DNA from: Eledone cirrhosa
Lineage: Eukaryota
Assembly (NCBI GenBank): GCA_964016885.1
Contig: OZ024755.1
Coordinates: forward strand, 23,684,001-23,748,000
Direction: 5' to 3'
Length of the DNA stretch: 64,000 bases
Shown: positions 1 through 12,559 of the stretch, in pieces
How the letters are laid out: every line of letters begins with the position of its first letter
How positions within the stretch are numbered: position 1 is the stretch's first letter
The notes under the pieces: model-generated
What the model was told of the DNA's origin: nothing
What the model saw: only the letters and a program-made list of their open reading frames with translations
Databases searched by the model: none
Made by a program: the position numbers and the translations under genes

Positions 1-724
1 CCATAGATTCGATATTATGTGAGATAAAGCCTTTACCGCAAAAACACAATAGTAAATGTAGAGTAATGTAAATGCTGAAGGGTTAAACATTCAAAATTTA
101 AGGCATATTTAGGAATTCATTAAAAAAATAGTTCATAGGTAATTATGGATTTTCTGCAATTATGGAAGATAAATCTAGATGAATTTAACATTAGTTAAGA
201 TTCCTCAATAAAGTTCAGCATTTCTGTAACTAGTTGTAGTATTAGCAAGAGAATCAATAAATAAACTCACAAAATGATCCTACTAAATCAGTTTATATTA
301 TCTCATCTTCCATTACTTGTCATTGAAAATAATATTATCTACTAACTAATAATATTTTTGTACATATAATACTTGAAAATATATTAGCTTTAATCATTCA
401 AAATACTTTCATTTATATAATTGTCTAGTAATCGTTGTTCAATTTAATCATTAATTACTGTGTGGTGTTATAGAAATATTTTGTAAGTTGCAATAGTAGC
501 CTTCTTATACTGCCTTTCCTACCAAATCATGTCTTTTTTAATTAGTTTAAACTGTGCCTATTCCTTGGTTTATTGTCTTTTCCCTTCTACTTTGAAGATA
601 TTACATGACCTTCTCTTAAGCACAACTTTTCTCTGGAACTGTGCACAGCTCTTCTTCCATAGAATTGCACCATTCCAGTAACACCATTCCAGTAACACTT
701 GAGTTACTCACAAGTTACTCACAC

Positions 725-986
725 CAATGGCGTGCAGAGCTCTGGTGATGCACGGGGAAAATCTTGATTGTATGCCCCAAAGACTCAAGTACTAATATAC
801 TGAGAAATATCATGAGAAAGGAAAATATTTTGAATATATAAACACAGATGAAACATGAAATAAACGCTTTATTCGATTTTAATATAAATCAATCAAATTT
901 ATTAAATTCTTTTCCCAAAATGAAGCCCCCCATCCAAAGGATGCCCCGGGCCAATGCACCATCACTTCCCTCTCTGCACACTACTG
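725..986. mobile_element. hAT-like MITE
   Basis: TIRs caatggcgtgcagag / ctctgcacactactg. Confidence 0.65.
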
Positions 987-1195
987 CATTATACTAAAAA
1001 TAAAATATCAACTTACACTTATTTAAAGGGAGAATTCAACAAGTCAACTTTATCTAAACAATCTGCCTCTCTAGTGCATTGTTTCCTTCATGTGGTCTAA
1101 CATTATTCTATGTATTATACATTCACCTTTGATGAGCTGTAGTGCACCTGAGTACTGTACACAATAATTTTCATTATTATTATTTATGTATATTA

Positions 1196-1578
1196 GGGCG
1201 GTGGATTGACAGTATCGATAGAGCGTTGGAAAACATGCTTCACATAGAGTATGGCCCCTTATGTTCTGAATTCAAATCCCACCGTTCATCCCTATGAGGT
1301 CGATAAAATAAAGTACCAGTAACACACTGGGGTTGATTGAGTTGACTTTCCCCTTCCCTTCAAATTGCTGTCCCTGTGCCTAATATAGAAACAATTGGCA
1401 GTATTGGTAGAGGGTCAGACGCCATGCTTTGCAGCAAAGAGTTACGCCCCTTTATGGTCTAAGTTCAAATCCTGCTGAGGTTAACTTTGCCTTTCATCCT
1501 TACGGAGTCGATAAAATAAAGTACCAGTAATACACTAGGATAATTGCTGGCCTTGTGCCAAAATTAGAAACAATTATT
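1196..1578 (+). mobile_element. SINE family 1 tandem pair (another + pair at 5120-5402)
   Basis: Same core and tail as 12768-12953. Confidence 0.9.
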
Positions 1579-1639
1579 TAAATAACATACAATACATAAA
1601 ACATTGTTGACAATGAAGTTATAATAACCTGTTACTTAC

Positions 1640-1660
1640 ATCGAAATCCAGCATGATGAA
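1640..1660 (-). CDS. Candidate 21-nt symmetric microexon (phase 1/1; xHHAGFRx) of the same gene. Alternative: a 151-nt exon 1640-1790 encoding a hydrophobic segment
   Basis: Consensus donor |gtaagt at 1639-1634. Acceptor cattacag| is preceded by about 120 nt with no AG, pyrimidine-rich with TGC motifs. An upstream acceptor ttattttcag| at 1791 is also open in phase 1. Confidence 0.45.
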
Positions 1661-2829
1661 CTGTAATGTTTATCCAAGTATGAAGAGTGCAAGAAGTTTA
1701 GAAGAGTGAAGAAAGCAACAAAGCATGAATTAACAAAAAAATATGTGAAAGAGATAGTTGACAGTAATTTGATGATCAGTGACTTCAGAACTGAAAATAA
1801 GAATAAAGCTCCAAAGAAAAGAATATTCTAGGAATAAAGAATGGAATCTAAAATAAGAAAATAAAACAAAACAAAAAAGAATGGAAAAGGAAAGGACAGG
1901 CAAGTGCTCTAGTGTCATGAAAGAATGAGGTGGAAGAATGAGGAGGGTGATTGGGCTCTGAGCTAGGGCACAGTGGTAATGGGGTTGCACCCTGTGGACA
2001 AAACTGTAAAAGCATTCAAGCGGACTAAGGCCAGCGATACCTGCTGCTACAGCCACCCCACCTAGCGGGGCTCCTTTTCTGTTTATTTTTTATTTTCTTA
2101 TTTTACATTCTATTCTTTCTTCTCAATCTAAAATTTTTCTTTTCTTTCTCTATGAAATTGTTTTTACTAAGATGTTCTAGGAATACAAACTGAGTTTGAA
2201 GACAAATATGATAACGGTGGAAGTTAATTTTGGTTGTTTGATTATTGATTATTATTGATTGAGTAAAACATTTGAGTTACACATAACATCCTTTCAGTAA
2301 TTCTATGTAAAGACCCCTCTTTGGTCATGAATGACCATGGGATTTGCACCTAGAAAGTTCCCATTCAAGACACAAGTCCAGGCAAGGCTGTTTGTAGAAG
2401 ACCAGCAGTTGCCCATACATACCAGTCTTCCTCTCTCCATGCCACCAAAGTTGTCCAAGGGAAAGGCAATGGTCGATTCAGCTTGGCACCAGTGACATTG
2501 TAACTCATTTCTACAGCTGAGTGAACTGGAGCAACTTGAAATAAATAGACTTGCTCAAGAACACAATGCAAAGCCCGGACCGAGAACTGAAATTACCACC
2601 TTACGATTGTAAGCCTGACCCTCTAACCACTAAGCCAAGCGCCTTCCCATGTAATTCTGTGTAATTCATATATTCCTACTGCTCTAGAAACGTGTGTAAG
2701 ATATTAAAAATTGCTTTCAAACTAATTTTTCCATCTATATTTTTGATTATATATGTACTGTGTTTATGCCTGTCTTTCCAATCTTCTTCCCCCACCCCAA
2801 AAAGAATTCTTTGCTTAAACTTTAATCTG

Positions 2830-2891
<62 letters not shown>

Positions 2892-2905
2892 ATAATAATA
2901 ATAAT
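2830..2905. repeat. (TAC)n(TAA)n microsatellite
   Basis: Direct observation. Confidence 0.97.
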
Positions 2906-3243
2906 AAGATATACAATATTTAATATAGAAATGGCTTCTACAGGACTAGAACTGTCTTATTTGAAGGAAATCATCAAGAAAGCCCTGATAGATATTGTAT
3001 ATACTCTACTATGTATTGAGTACGTTACTTACAATGGTTGCCCCCAATAAACACACATATATATATATATATTAGTGACAGTGGCAAAAATTGTAATGGA
3101 AGAAGAAAACACGAAGGATTTGGGTGCTTAGAATGAATAAAGTGTTAATAAAAATAGACACACAGTAGAAACAGAGAGAAAAAAAATTGAACATGTAAAG
3201 TTTGGAATAACACTTATTAAATAAATGAGTTAATATACATGAT

Positions 3244-3377
3244 CAGTGCCGGATTTAGGACAAATGAGGCTCTGTACTAGTTAAATTACTTGGGCCCTGA
3301 AGGAGGTAAAAAATCTTTTGGCAGCAATAGGTCCCTGTGTTTAAGCACATCTAAGCACACTGGTAAATCTGACACTG
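3244..3377. mobile_element. hAT-type MITE
   Basis: TIRs cagtgccggattta / taaatctgacactg; perfect 8-bp TSD tacatgat. Confidence 0.85.
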
Positions 3378-3512
3378 TACATGATATAAAATTAGCCAGG
3401 CAGGTTCCAATGTAATGAGGTTTGTGTGAGGACTAAAGAAAGGATAGTTGTAAGAAATAAGAAGTTTTGAAAAAAAAAACTAAATGGAAAATGATTGATC
3501 AACAGTATAAAC

Positions 3513-3835
3513 CAGTGATTCCCAATGTAGAGTGCATGCCTCACAGGGGAGCAATTTGAATATTCAAGGGGGCAATTTGAAAATGTTGTTAATGAGAGCA
3601 AACTTCAAATTTTATTTTATTACTTTTACACCAAAGCAACTTTGGAACAAATTACTGTCGGAAAATCTTGTCTCATCTCCCATACTTATGTTATTGTGCA
3701 TCTGGCATCACCCATACGCCAATCAATTTGTTTACACTTTGTAGTTAATCATCGCTGTTTTTATATTAAAGTGGGGCATAAAAATATTTGAGATGTTGAG
3801 GTGAGGCATGGGGCAGAAAAGGTTGGGAATCACTG
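3513..3835. mobile_element. hAT/Charlie-type MITE
   Basis: TIRs cagtgattcccaa / ttgggaatcactg; TSD gtataaac/gtgtaaac. Confidence 0.85.
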
Positions 3836-4020
3836 GTGTAAACCAATAGTATTTGTAGCATGCATGAATTCAGAACAAATATATAACTTTTCTATATTAA
3901 ATCGGACACAAAATGAAAGAAACAGAAATTAATCTATAAGTTAAATAGCAAAACTAATAAACTATCTGAAGAGTATGCATCAAGACAAAGCATTTTTTGT
4001 TGCAAGTATTTTGTGTGTAA

Positions 4021-4250
4021 TCTATATATATATATATATATATAAACGAAAATGTCTGTCTGTCTGTATGCAGGAGATGCATTTCCACAGTTTTCATCCA
4101 TTTTTGTTCAAATTTTTACATAGGTTATTTAGCTCCCAGAGCATGTCAACATTTAGTTTAAATCTTCCTCTCCCTCAAAATAGCAGAGTTCTGTTAAGGA
4201 GAGAGGAGGGTCTTTATTTACAGTGGCAAAAGGTATGAATAAGATATTCA
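4021..4250 (+). mobile_element. Helitron-like 5' fragment
   Basis: TC(TA)nAAA followed by tgtctgtctgtctgtatg. Confidence 0.5.
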
Positions 4251-5521
4251 GATGTCAACAGATAGAGGCAAAGTTTTGTCTGATTTTCTTAACAGTTTTT
4301 TAATTGAGGCAATGATGGGCAAGATGATATTTTACCATAATATAATTCTGAAATATTTTCTTAAATTCAATGGTGTTGGGGGAAGAAAACAAATAATTAT
4401 AGGTTTAACCTGTTGACTGTTGTGTATATTTTACACAGCTACAGATGCTGTGCCATTTTGTTTTTCAATAAAATGACTATTTTTTAAAAGAAACATTTAT
4501 TAACAACACATATCTGAATGATTGACAAATGTCACATCAATAAACTAGTAACCCCACCTAGCTTTGAAGTTATGAACTGTTGGAAACGATTTTAAACATG
4601 TTAGGACAAGTTATCTCATCTACAGCACTGAAGAGGTTAAAGAATAACTGTTTAATTCTGATTATGATAAACAAAATATTGGTAATATACTTGGTTCATC
4701 TAAATGAGGATTTATGTATAACAGATCTACAGCAACTGGTTGCTGTAGAGAGAAATCAAAATCACAAATATCAATGATGGTTAGGATGCTATATCACAAG
4801 AGCTTTCTACTTAGTTTTCTTATATAGCAAATAAAGTTGGAAAATTGTTGTAGTTTTCTGAAAATCAATACAACCATGCTGAAGGCATTCTTCTATTCTA
4901 ACCAGACTTGGTGCTATACAAACTGCAGAATAATATAGTAGAAAGAAAACTAAATATAACTAAATTTAAGACAACCACCAAGGAAGTGTTATAACTCAAT
5001 AAACTACAAGACTTTACTTTTGGATTTAAAATGTTTCATTGTAATTTTACAATCACATCTAAAGGAGATGAGGATAGTAATACTTTCTCTCTCAGTAAGA
5101 CAATGGTTTTAATATCAGCTCCTTCTCTTCATCTTTTTGGGGGTCGATGAAATAAAGTACCAGTCAAATACTAGGGCTGATGTAACTGACTTTCTCTTCC
5201 CCACAAATTGTTGGTCTTGTGTCTAAATTAGAAGCCATTATTAGATATGAATTTTGCGTTCAAATCCTACCGAAGTTAGCTTTGCCTTTCATCATTACGG
5301 GGGTCGATAAAATAAAGTACCAGTAATGCACTGGAGTCGATTTAATCGACTCCTCTCCCCTTAAAATTACTGGCCTTGTGTCTAAATTAGAAACCATTAT
5401 TAGATATGAATTTAATTTAATCTATATTAGATTTTATATTAAGTTAACTATGATTTTGTTTCAGCTTTGAGTATATGCTTAGAACTATTTCTCCTAAAAT
5501 CAGGTTATTTTATGGTAATAC

Positions 5522-5709
5522 TGGTAAAATTCCATCATAGCAAATACTATTATAATGAATTTTTCAGTAAAACAAAACTTTTTTCAATCCCTGAGGTAAT
5601 AACAAACAAACGCTCGATTTGTTTTGGTCGATCTCGTTATAAAGAACTTTTTGTTACAACTTTTTATTCTTTATACCCTGTGAAGTTTGTTATAACAGAA
5701 TTTCACTGT
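5522..5709. mobile_element. Decayed Tigger-like MITE
   Basis: Terminus gttataacagaatttcactg with a degenerate left counterpart. Confidence 0.5.
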
Positions 5710-6191
5710 GTTTTATGTTCAAAGGTCAAGCAAGAATGCAAATATTGCATTATAATAAAAAGAACTGTTTATCAAATTTATCTTTTTTCTAGATTATCAA
5801 TTATATGAAAATCGTTTTCTTGCAAGATATTCTGCAAGGATTGGTAAAGAAGTGAGCATTGCAGGAAAGTTACTATATTTCAGTGCAGTTTGGATAGATA
5901 TAAAATATATTGGTTTCTGGATAGATAAACAATATATTACGGCTGAGTTACTAACAATGGATGGAATTTCATTTTCTGTTTCACATGGTCAGAATGTCAA
6001 TACTAATACTTTAAGAGACAGAATATTTATGTGCACCTGTATGATGCTGTCTATTCCTTTAGACCACAAAAACTATAAAAGTGTCTAATAGATTTGAGGA
6101 AAGGTAAAGTTATATTTTATATAACCTTTCCATTGCTTGTAAATATAAAATTTGCTTCTTGGTCAATGTGTATATAAATAAGGGTATATAA

Positions 6192-6545
6192 ATAATTGTT
6201 TCTACTTTAGGCACAAGGCCAGCAATTACCCAGTGCATTACTGGTACTTTTATTTTATCGACCCCGTAAGGTTGAAAGGCAAAGTCAACCTCGGTGGGAT
6301 TTGAACTCAGATCGTAAAGGGACGTAACTATGCTGGAAAGCATAAGGATATATAAATAATTGTTTCTACTTTAGGCACAAGGCCAGCAATTACCCAGTGC
6401 ATTACTGGTACTTTATTTTATCGACCCCGTAAGGATGAAAGGCAAAGTCAACCTCGGCGGGATTTGAACTCAGATCGTAAAGGGACGTAACTATGCTGAA
6501 AGCATGGCGTCCGACCCTCTACCGATACTGCCAATCCACCGCCCT
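6192..6545 (-). mobile_element. SINE family 1 tandem pair (others on -: 7438-7828 x2, 11480-11620, 21320-21492, 26223-26407, 41527-41706, 59560-59660)
   Basis: Near-identical copies. Confidence 0.9.
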
Positions 6546-6627
6546 TTGGAGGATATATAAATAATGGTATATATATAAGGGTTGTGATGTTTGGGCAATT
6601 GTCTACTCAAATTAGAAATATAAATAT

Positions 6628-8060
6628 TCTTTTCTTCTTTGCCCACTTATTCCAGAGAGAGTCATGGAGGCAGAGTCCTTAAGCACTCTTTCCAGTGTGT
6701 CCTGTAAGAAACAACCATCTCCAATTGATCTGGTTGGATTGCCAAGTGAGACCAGCTGAGCTCATAGATGTTATCCAACCATCTTGCTTGGGGTTTACCT
6801 TGGATCCCTGCTGGTTAGTTTTGCCCGTAATATCAGTCCAGTAATTCTTTCCTGAGACATTCTAACCACATGTCCATAATATCGTAGCTGTGGTCTCTCA
6901 CTTTGGAAAAGTGACAGCCCTACCTGATTTGATTCTCTGATCTCCAAGCTACACACTCTATCAAGTAACGTTACTACAAAGACCCTTTGGAGAAATCCCA
7001 TTTCAGCCACAATTATATTTTTTCGGTCATTACACAAGATTTAAGACCACAGGTAAGTGTTGGCACAAATACCAAATTGAAGATAGCAAGTTTGGCTTTT
7101 ACACCTACCTCCCTTCTTCTGATGACCGAATGCTGAAGCTGGTGCATTACTGCCCCAACTCCTACAATTCTTGTACTTAATTCAGGTACTTCCACTTCTC
7201 CACCTGCTTCAGTGGAATGCCACTCACATGTGGAGTGCACTGTGCAGGCTTGTCTCAGTCTTTGCAGCCCTAATTTTCATTCCAGCCATGCAGCACTTAT
7301 CAAGTGCAAGTTGAAGATTATCTTCTGTCGAGTTAAGTAACACCAAATCATTTGCAAATTCCAGCCAACTGATTTTACACCCAACAGTCATTACACCACT
7401 TCCAGCCCGGCTGCACATGTTAATCCTGTCCATGTAAATAATTGTTTCTACTTTTTGGCACAAGGCCAGCAATTATCCCAGTGTATTACTGGTACTTTAT
7501 TTAATCGACCCCGTAAGGATGAAAGGCAAAGTTAAACTCAGCGGGATTTGAACTCAGTCCGTAAAGGGACGTAACTGTGCTGCAAAGCATGGCGTCCGAC
7601 CCTCTACTGATACTGCCAATCCACCGCACTAATAATTGTTTCTACATTTGGCACAAGGCCAACAATTACCCAGTGTATTACTGGTACTTTATTTTATCGA
7701 CCCCGAAAGGATGAAAGGCAAAGTTAACCTCGGCGGAAATTTGAACTCAGAATGGCAAGGACCGTAACTCTCTGCGTCAAAGCATGGCGTCCGACCCTCT
7801 ACCAATACTGCCAATCCTCCGCACCGCCCTAATAATGAACAAGAGGGATGACAGTATCCAACATTAGTGGAGTATGATCCACACATTGAATGTTTTCGAA
7901 TTAGCACCATTTATCCAGGCAACAAGAAACTGACCATCGATCCCATACTTCTGCAGAACCTTCCTTCCACAGTAGGTCCCGAGGAATGCAGTCATATACC
8001 TTTTTAAGCACAACCTCCATGTATAACCTATGTGTAAAGTTATAATAAACGTCTGCTAAA
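6628..8060 (-). mobile_element. Second RTE-type LINE (decayed RT and 3' end) interrupted by two SINEs
   Basis: [50 protein letters not shown]; GAA-rich tail. Confidence 0.85.
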
Positions 8061-8087
8061 CTGATACGTACATATATATATGTGTAC

Positions 8088-8158
<71 letters not shown>

Positions 8159-8208
8159 TACTACTGTACGTCTGTATACATATATGTATGTACGTATACA
8201 TACATACT

Positions 8209-8249
<41 letters not shown>

Positions 8250-8253
<4 letters not shown>

Positions 8254-8450
8254 CACGCTGTAATGTGGCCGTGTAGGCAACACGGTAAAAACCTCCCAGC
8301 CCCACACTGTAAATGTGGTTGGTGTTAGGAAGGGCATCCAACTGTAGAAAACCCGCCAGACAGTCCTATGCGAGCAAGACAACCACTCTTGCCTCAAGTG
8401 GGAAAACCCCCGTCCAAACCCATGCAAGCGTGGAACACGGACGCTAAACC

Positions 8451-8480
<30 letters not shown>
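8250..8480 (+). mobile_element. 3' part of SINE family 3 with (GAT)n tail (also 23110-23370 +, 63490-63790 -, 33310-33495 -, 45125-45182 +)
   Basis: ggttggtgttaggaagggcatcc ... ccgtccaaacccatgcaagc..ggacg..(gat)n. Confidence 0.8.
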
Positions 8481-8481
<1 letters not shown>

Positions 8482-8554
8482 ATATATATATATATATATG
8501 CATACTACTGTACGTCTGTATACATACATATATGTATGTACGTATACATACATA

Positions 8555-8591
<37 letters not shown>

Positions 8592-9024
8592 CGAAGGAAA
8601 TGTGGTAAGGAACCAGGTGGACCATAACGCACCAAAGTACTCGATACTTGAGGTAGTAGAGTGGGTAATAGGAACCAGTAAGACCCCGACAGCTGAGCTC
8701 AAGCCGTTTCGACGGCTAATTCTGGACTAAAATCATTATATATATATATAAACGTTTGAAGTTAGGAAGCCAGAACAATGCAGGTTTGGAGATGCAAAAG
8801 ATAGTGTTGACAATTAGTCTTTTACCTTAATTTATTCATATATCCTGATATTTCGAGATAATATCTCTTTGTCTGAGGAAAGTAAAGGGGTTAATCCAGT
8901 GTTTGAAGTGGGTTGCCAAGTCAAGCTTGTCTTGGCAACCCACTCCAAACCTGCATTGTTCTGGTCTTCTAACTTCAAACATTTATACCTCAATACACAA
9001 TGCTTCAAGTAAACTACCAATTCC

Positions 9025-9073
<49 letters not shown>

Positions 9074-9404
9074 TATATGTGTGTGTGTGTAAAACTGGTT
9101 CTATGGTTCAATGATTTGTAAATATTGAGAGATATCTCACTGAGGAAATATGTTAATTTGTGATTAGTTATTCAGATGTAGGTGATGCAGCTGTTGATAT
9201 GACCATTTCTAATGACTACTACTACTACAACTACCATCAGTAGTAGTGGTAGAAATTATCTGAAATATGATTTATACATTGATGCATACTCATATAAATA
9301 GTTTGAGTGTAAGTGTAAGTGTGAGTTGTAGTATAAGTGCAATCTGGTGAATAGATGAGGAATAAATTAAAAAATATTTTATTGATAAAGTAATAAATAA
9401 CTAC

Positions 9405-9554
9405 CTCCAAGATAAGTGTTTGAAAACGAACTACTTTTCTTTTTGGTGGTTTCATCAATGGCTAGAAGTTGCTTGGGTGGGTCTGGTGTATCCAAAGAGA
9501 AGCTTTTCATCCGAGAGTTCAACTTCTTTCTTCGGCTCTTTGGGCTATGAACAA
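9405..9554 (-). CDS. Internal coding exon (150 nt, phase 1/1) of a large minus-strand gene, probably a Stac-like (SH3 and cysteine-rich domain) adaptor
   Basis: Acceptor ccacttttcag| and donor gag|gtagtt. Open frame xVHSPKSRRKKLNSRMKSFSLDTPDPPKQLLAIDETTKKKSSSFSNTYLG. The HSP..RR.KLN.RMKS.SLD.P motif recalls the C1-SH3 linker of arthropod Stac-like proteins (recalled, not searched). Confidence 0.65.
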
Positions 9555-10568
9555 CTGAAAAGTGGCATGGCATATAAAAACATTTAAGTTGAGAAAATTT
9601 ATAAGAAATCAAGATGGAAGAGATCGAATGGTATACATATAAAAGTAAATCAATGAAAAGTAATTAGATTTTAACCCTTTAGCATTTAACCTGCTGACTG
9701 CTGCATATATTTTACACAGCTACAGTTACTGTGCTTTTTTTTTTTTTCAGTAAAATGACTATTTTTTAAAACAAACATTTATTAACAATACATATCTGAA
9801 CGATTGACAAACATCACATCAATAAACTAGTAACCCCATCTAACTTTGAAGTTATGAACTGTTTGAAAAGAGTTCAAACATGTTAGGATGAGTTATCTTG
9901 CCTATGGCACTGAAGAGGTTAAACATCCGTGAGCTTGGCTGGTCATACTCGGGGGATCCAGCTGGATCATTTGGAGACAGTTGCTTCTGACAGGACCTGT
10001 TGGAAGGAGTGTTTGAGGACTCTGCACCAACAACGACCTTCTCAGGAATAAGTGGGTGAAGAAGATGAAGAAGCATTTAAACCAGCTGTATCTGGCCAGA
10101 ATTGTCTTACCTTTTCTGTTCAAACCACTCGTAACCAGCCACTCATACCAATGTTAAGGTATTATTCTCAAAATAAATAATATCAAAATCGCATAGATTC
10201 AATACTATGTGAGATAATTATGTGAGATAAAGTGTTTACCGTGAAAATACAATAGTAAATGCTAAAGGGTTAAAAAAAATTCATAATACATGACCAAAAT
10301 AATATATGAAACATGCAGCAAAATGTTTTTCAAATTCCAAATTTTATTGAAATGATTTTTTTCAGTACTTTTCAGGTTTCAAGTAAGAAGATTTTCAGCA
10401 TTGATATTGATGATAAATCAAATACTTGAACAAATTAATGTTGTTACTTCCCTTCTTCAAAGCAAGTCATGTTTTGGGATCTGTGAGAAATTTATTAGCA
10501 ATATCTGTTATAAACATTTTTACATGCAGTTTTCCAAAATGTTCCATGTATAATATAGAAAATGAAAT

Positions 10569-10617
<49 letters not shown>

Positions 10618-10772
10618 ATAATAATAAGTATGGACGAGGTTTATTCAAGTGCGATATAAGTAATGGTTTAACCAGTTTCAAACTGAATTCATTGTGATTT
10701 GTGTATGTGTGTTTATATATGTATGTGGAGGCACATGTGGAGGCACATGGCTTTTATATATATATGTATAAT

Positions 10773-11091
10773 GGAGGCACATGGCTTAGTGGTTAGAGCA
10801 TTGGCCTTGCAATCGAAAGGTTGTGAGTTCAATTCTCAGACCGAGTGATGTGTTGTTTCCTTGAGCAAGGCACTTTATTTCACATTGCTCCAGTTTACTC
10901 AGCTGTAGAAATGAGATGATAGGACAGGGTTCCCTATCATTCCACTGCAAAGTGGTCGTGGAGGTGCCACGGCAAAAAAGCACCCATCACTCACTGTAAA
11001 TGAGGTTGGTGTTAGGAAGGGCATCTAGCTGTAGAAATCAACCCCAAAATCAGTTTCCGTCCCACCCTTGCAAGCAGGGAAAAAGCGGACG
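10773..11091 (+). mobile_element. tRNA-derived SINE family 2 with RTE-type tail (also 22425-22770, 24817-25141, 62587-62759 on -; relatives 2313-2648, 42347-42622)
   Basis: Box A tggcttagtgg, box B gttcaattc; 3' end cccacccttgcaagcagggaaaaagcggacg matches the LINE end at 40362-40391. Confidence 0.9.
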
Positions 11092-11442
11092 ATGTATACA
11101 AATACACAAATCAGGATGGATTCAGTTTGAAACTGGTTAGATCATTACTCAACAGAGTACATGATACTTGGGGTAGTAGAGTATGATTATATTATAAAGA
11201 GAGTGGTATTGATGGTTCTGCAATCTGATACAAACCAAGCACTACACATCTTAGCTAAAATCAATTGGATTGAATTAGTTAAAACTCTTGCAATTTCAAC
11301 ACCTAGTTCCAGATTAATTGCGAAAGGCCTTACTTATATATATATATTTTTCTATATTTATCAAACCATCTTGTCCAAACCCATACCAGTATATAAAAGG
11401 AGATGCAAAAATGCTGATTTGGGTGATAACCATATATATATA

Positions 11443-12394
11443 CTAGCAGCAGTACCCAGCGTTGTCTGGGTAGGTAAAATAATTGTTTCTACGTTAGGCA
11501 CAAGGCCAGCAATTACCCAGTTTATTACTGGTACTTTATTTTATCGACCCCGTAAGGATGAAAGGCAAAGTTAACCGCGGCGGGATTTGAACTCAGAATG
11601 GCAAGGGCCGTAACTCTATGCATATCTGCTTAGCAACTGCTTCTCGATGACTCATTTATGGCCACACACAGGCCATGCGGGGGAGGGTGGTGATGACCTC
11701 TATCACTGAGAAACACGGGTGACTGACGAAGGGGCATGGTGGGGGAGGGAGGTAATGACCTCTAACACTAAGCCAAATTTCCTCACGTTACTTGATTGGA
11801 AACCGATGAATTCTCAAATACACAACTAAAAGTTCAGACAACGTCAGTGGCCATCGTTTTGCCTTTGACCATCTATAAGATGTGCAATGATAGGTTCTAT
11901 CGTATCGTAGTATAAAAATTGAACCAAATAAATTGATTTATGTGTGAGGTGGAGCCGAAGTTTCGAATTTGAACAAAATCGGTTGAAAAATGTGGGAGCT
12001 AGAGCCGAAAAGGTGGAAATTTGAGCGTAAAGGTGGTATTTTCGAATATTTAAGCGGCTGCCACGCCGTTCCTGAAGAACAAATGCAAAAATATAAAGCC
12101 ATTACAGGATGTGCAATGATAAATTCTATTTTGCTTTAAAATTTGAATGAAATCGGTGGCAAAATCTGGGAGCTAGAGCCAAAAATCTTATTTTTCGATA
12201 CCTAAAAAAAGGTGACCCCCACCTATCGATTTTTATCTGCAGAATGACCCCGGAATAAAAAAAAAACGATACGCTGATATATAGAAAACACTCCCTGATG
12301 ACTAATCTATGAGCCTGTAAAGTTTCATGAAAATCGGTCGTAAGATGTAGGCCCCTATAGGTAACACACATACTTAATTTTATATATATACAGA
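11443..12394 (-). mobile_element. Non-autonomous Helitron, interrupted by a SINE
   Basis: Minus strand 5' TC(tgtatatatataaaa); 3' hairpin tacccag-acaacg-ctgggta then CTAG; A|T target. Confidence 0.75.
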
Positions 12395-12559
12395 TATAGA
12401 TAGATGCAAATGTAAAATAGAGTTGATTTTTCTTAGCTAAGAACTTCTCCTGTAGTTGTCACATCAAAGATATGGTATCGATGGTTCTGAAATCTGATAC
12501 AAACCAAGCACTACATAATATCTTAGCTAAATTCAATTAGATTGAATTAGTTAAAACTA

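Noticed and set aside
1930-2075. GC-rich island within ORF 1730-2056
   Set aside because: Non-ATG start and low-complexity translation; probably a retroelement UTR scrap but not assignable.
9492-9543. Hammerhead-like ccaaagag-CCGAAGA...GAA-aagctt-C-tctttgg on the minus strand
   Set aside because: U4 is wrong and stem II is poor; the sequence is better explained as a coding exon.
10773-10845. tRNA-like sequences
   Set aside because: They are SINE heads continuing into SINE bodies; no clean cloverleaf.
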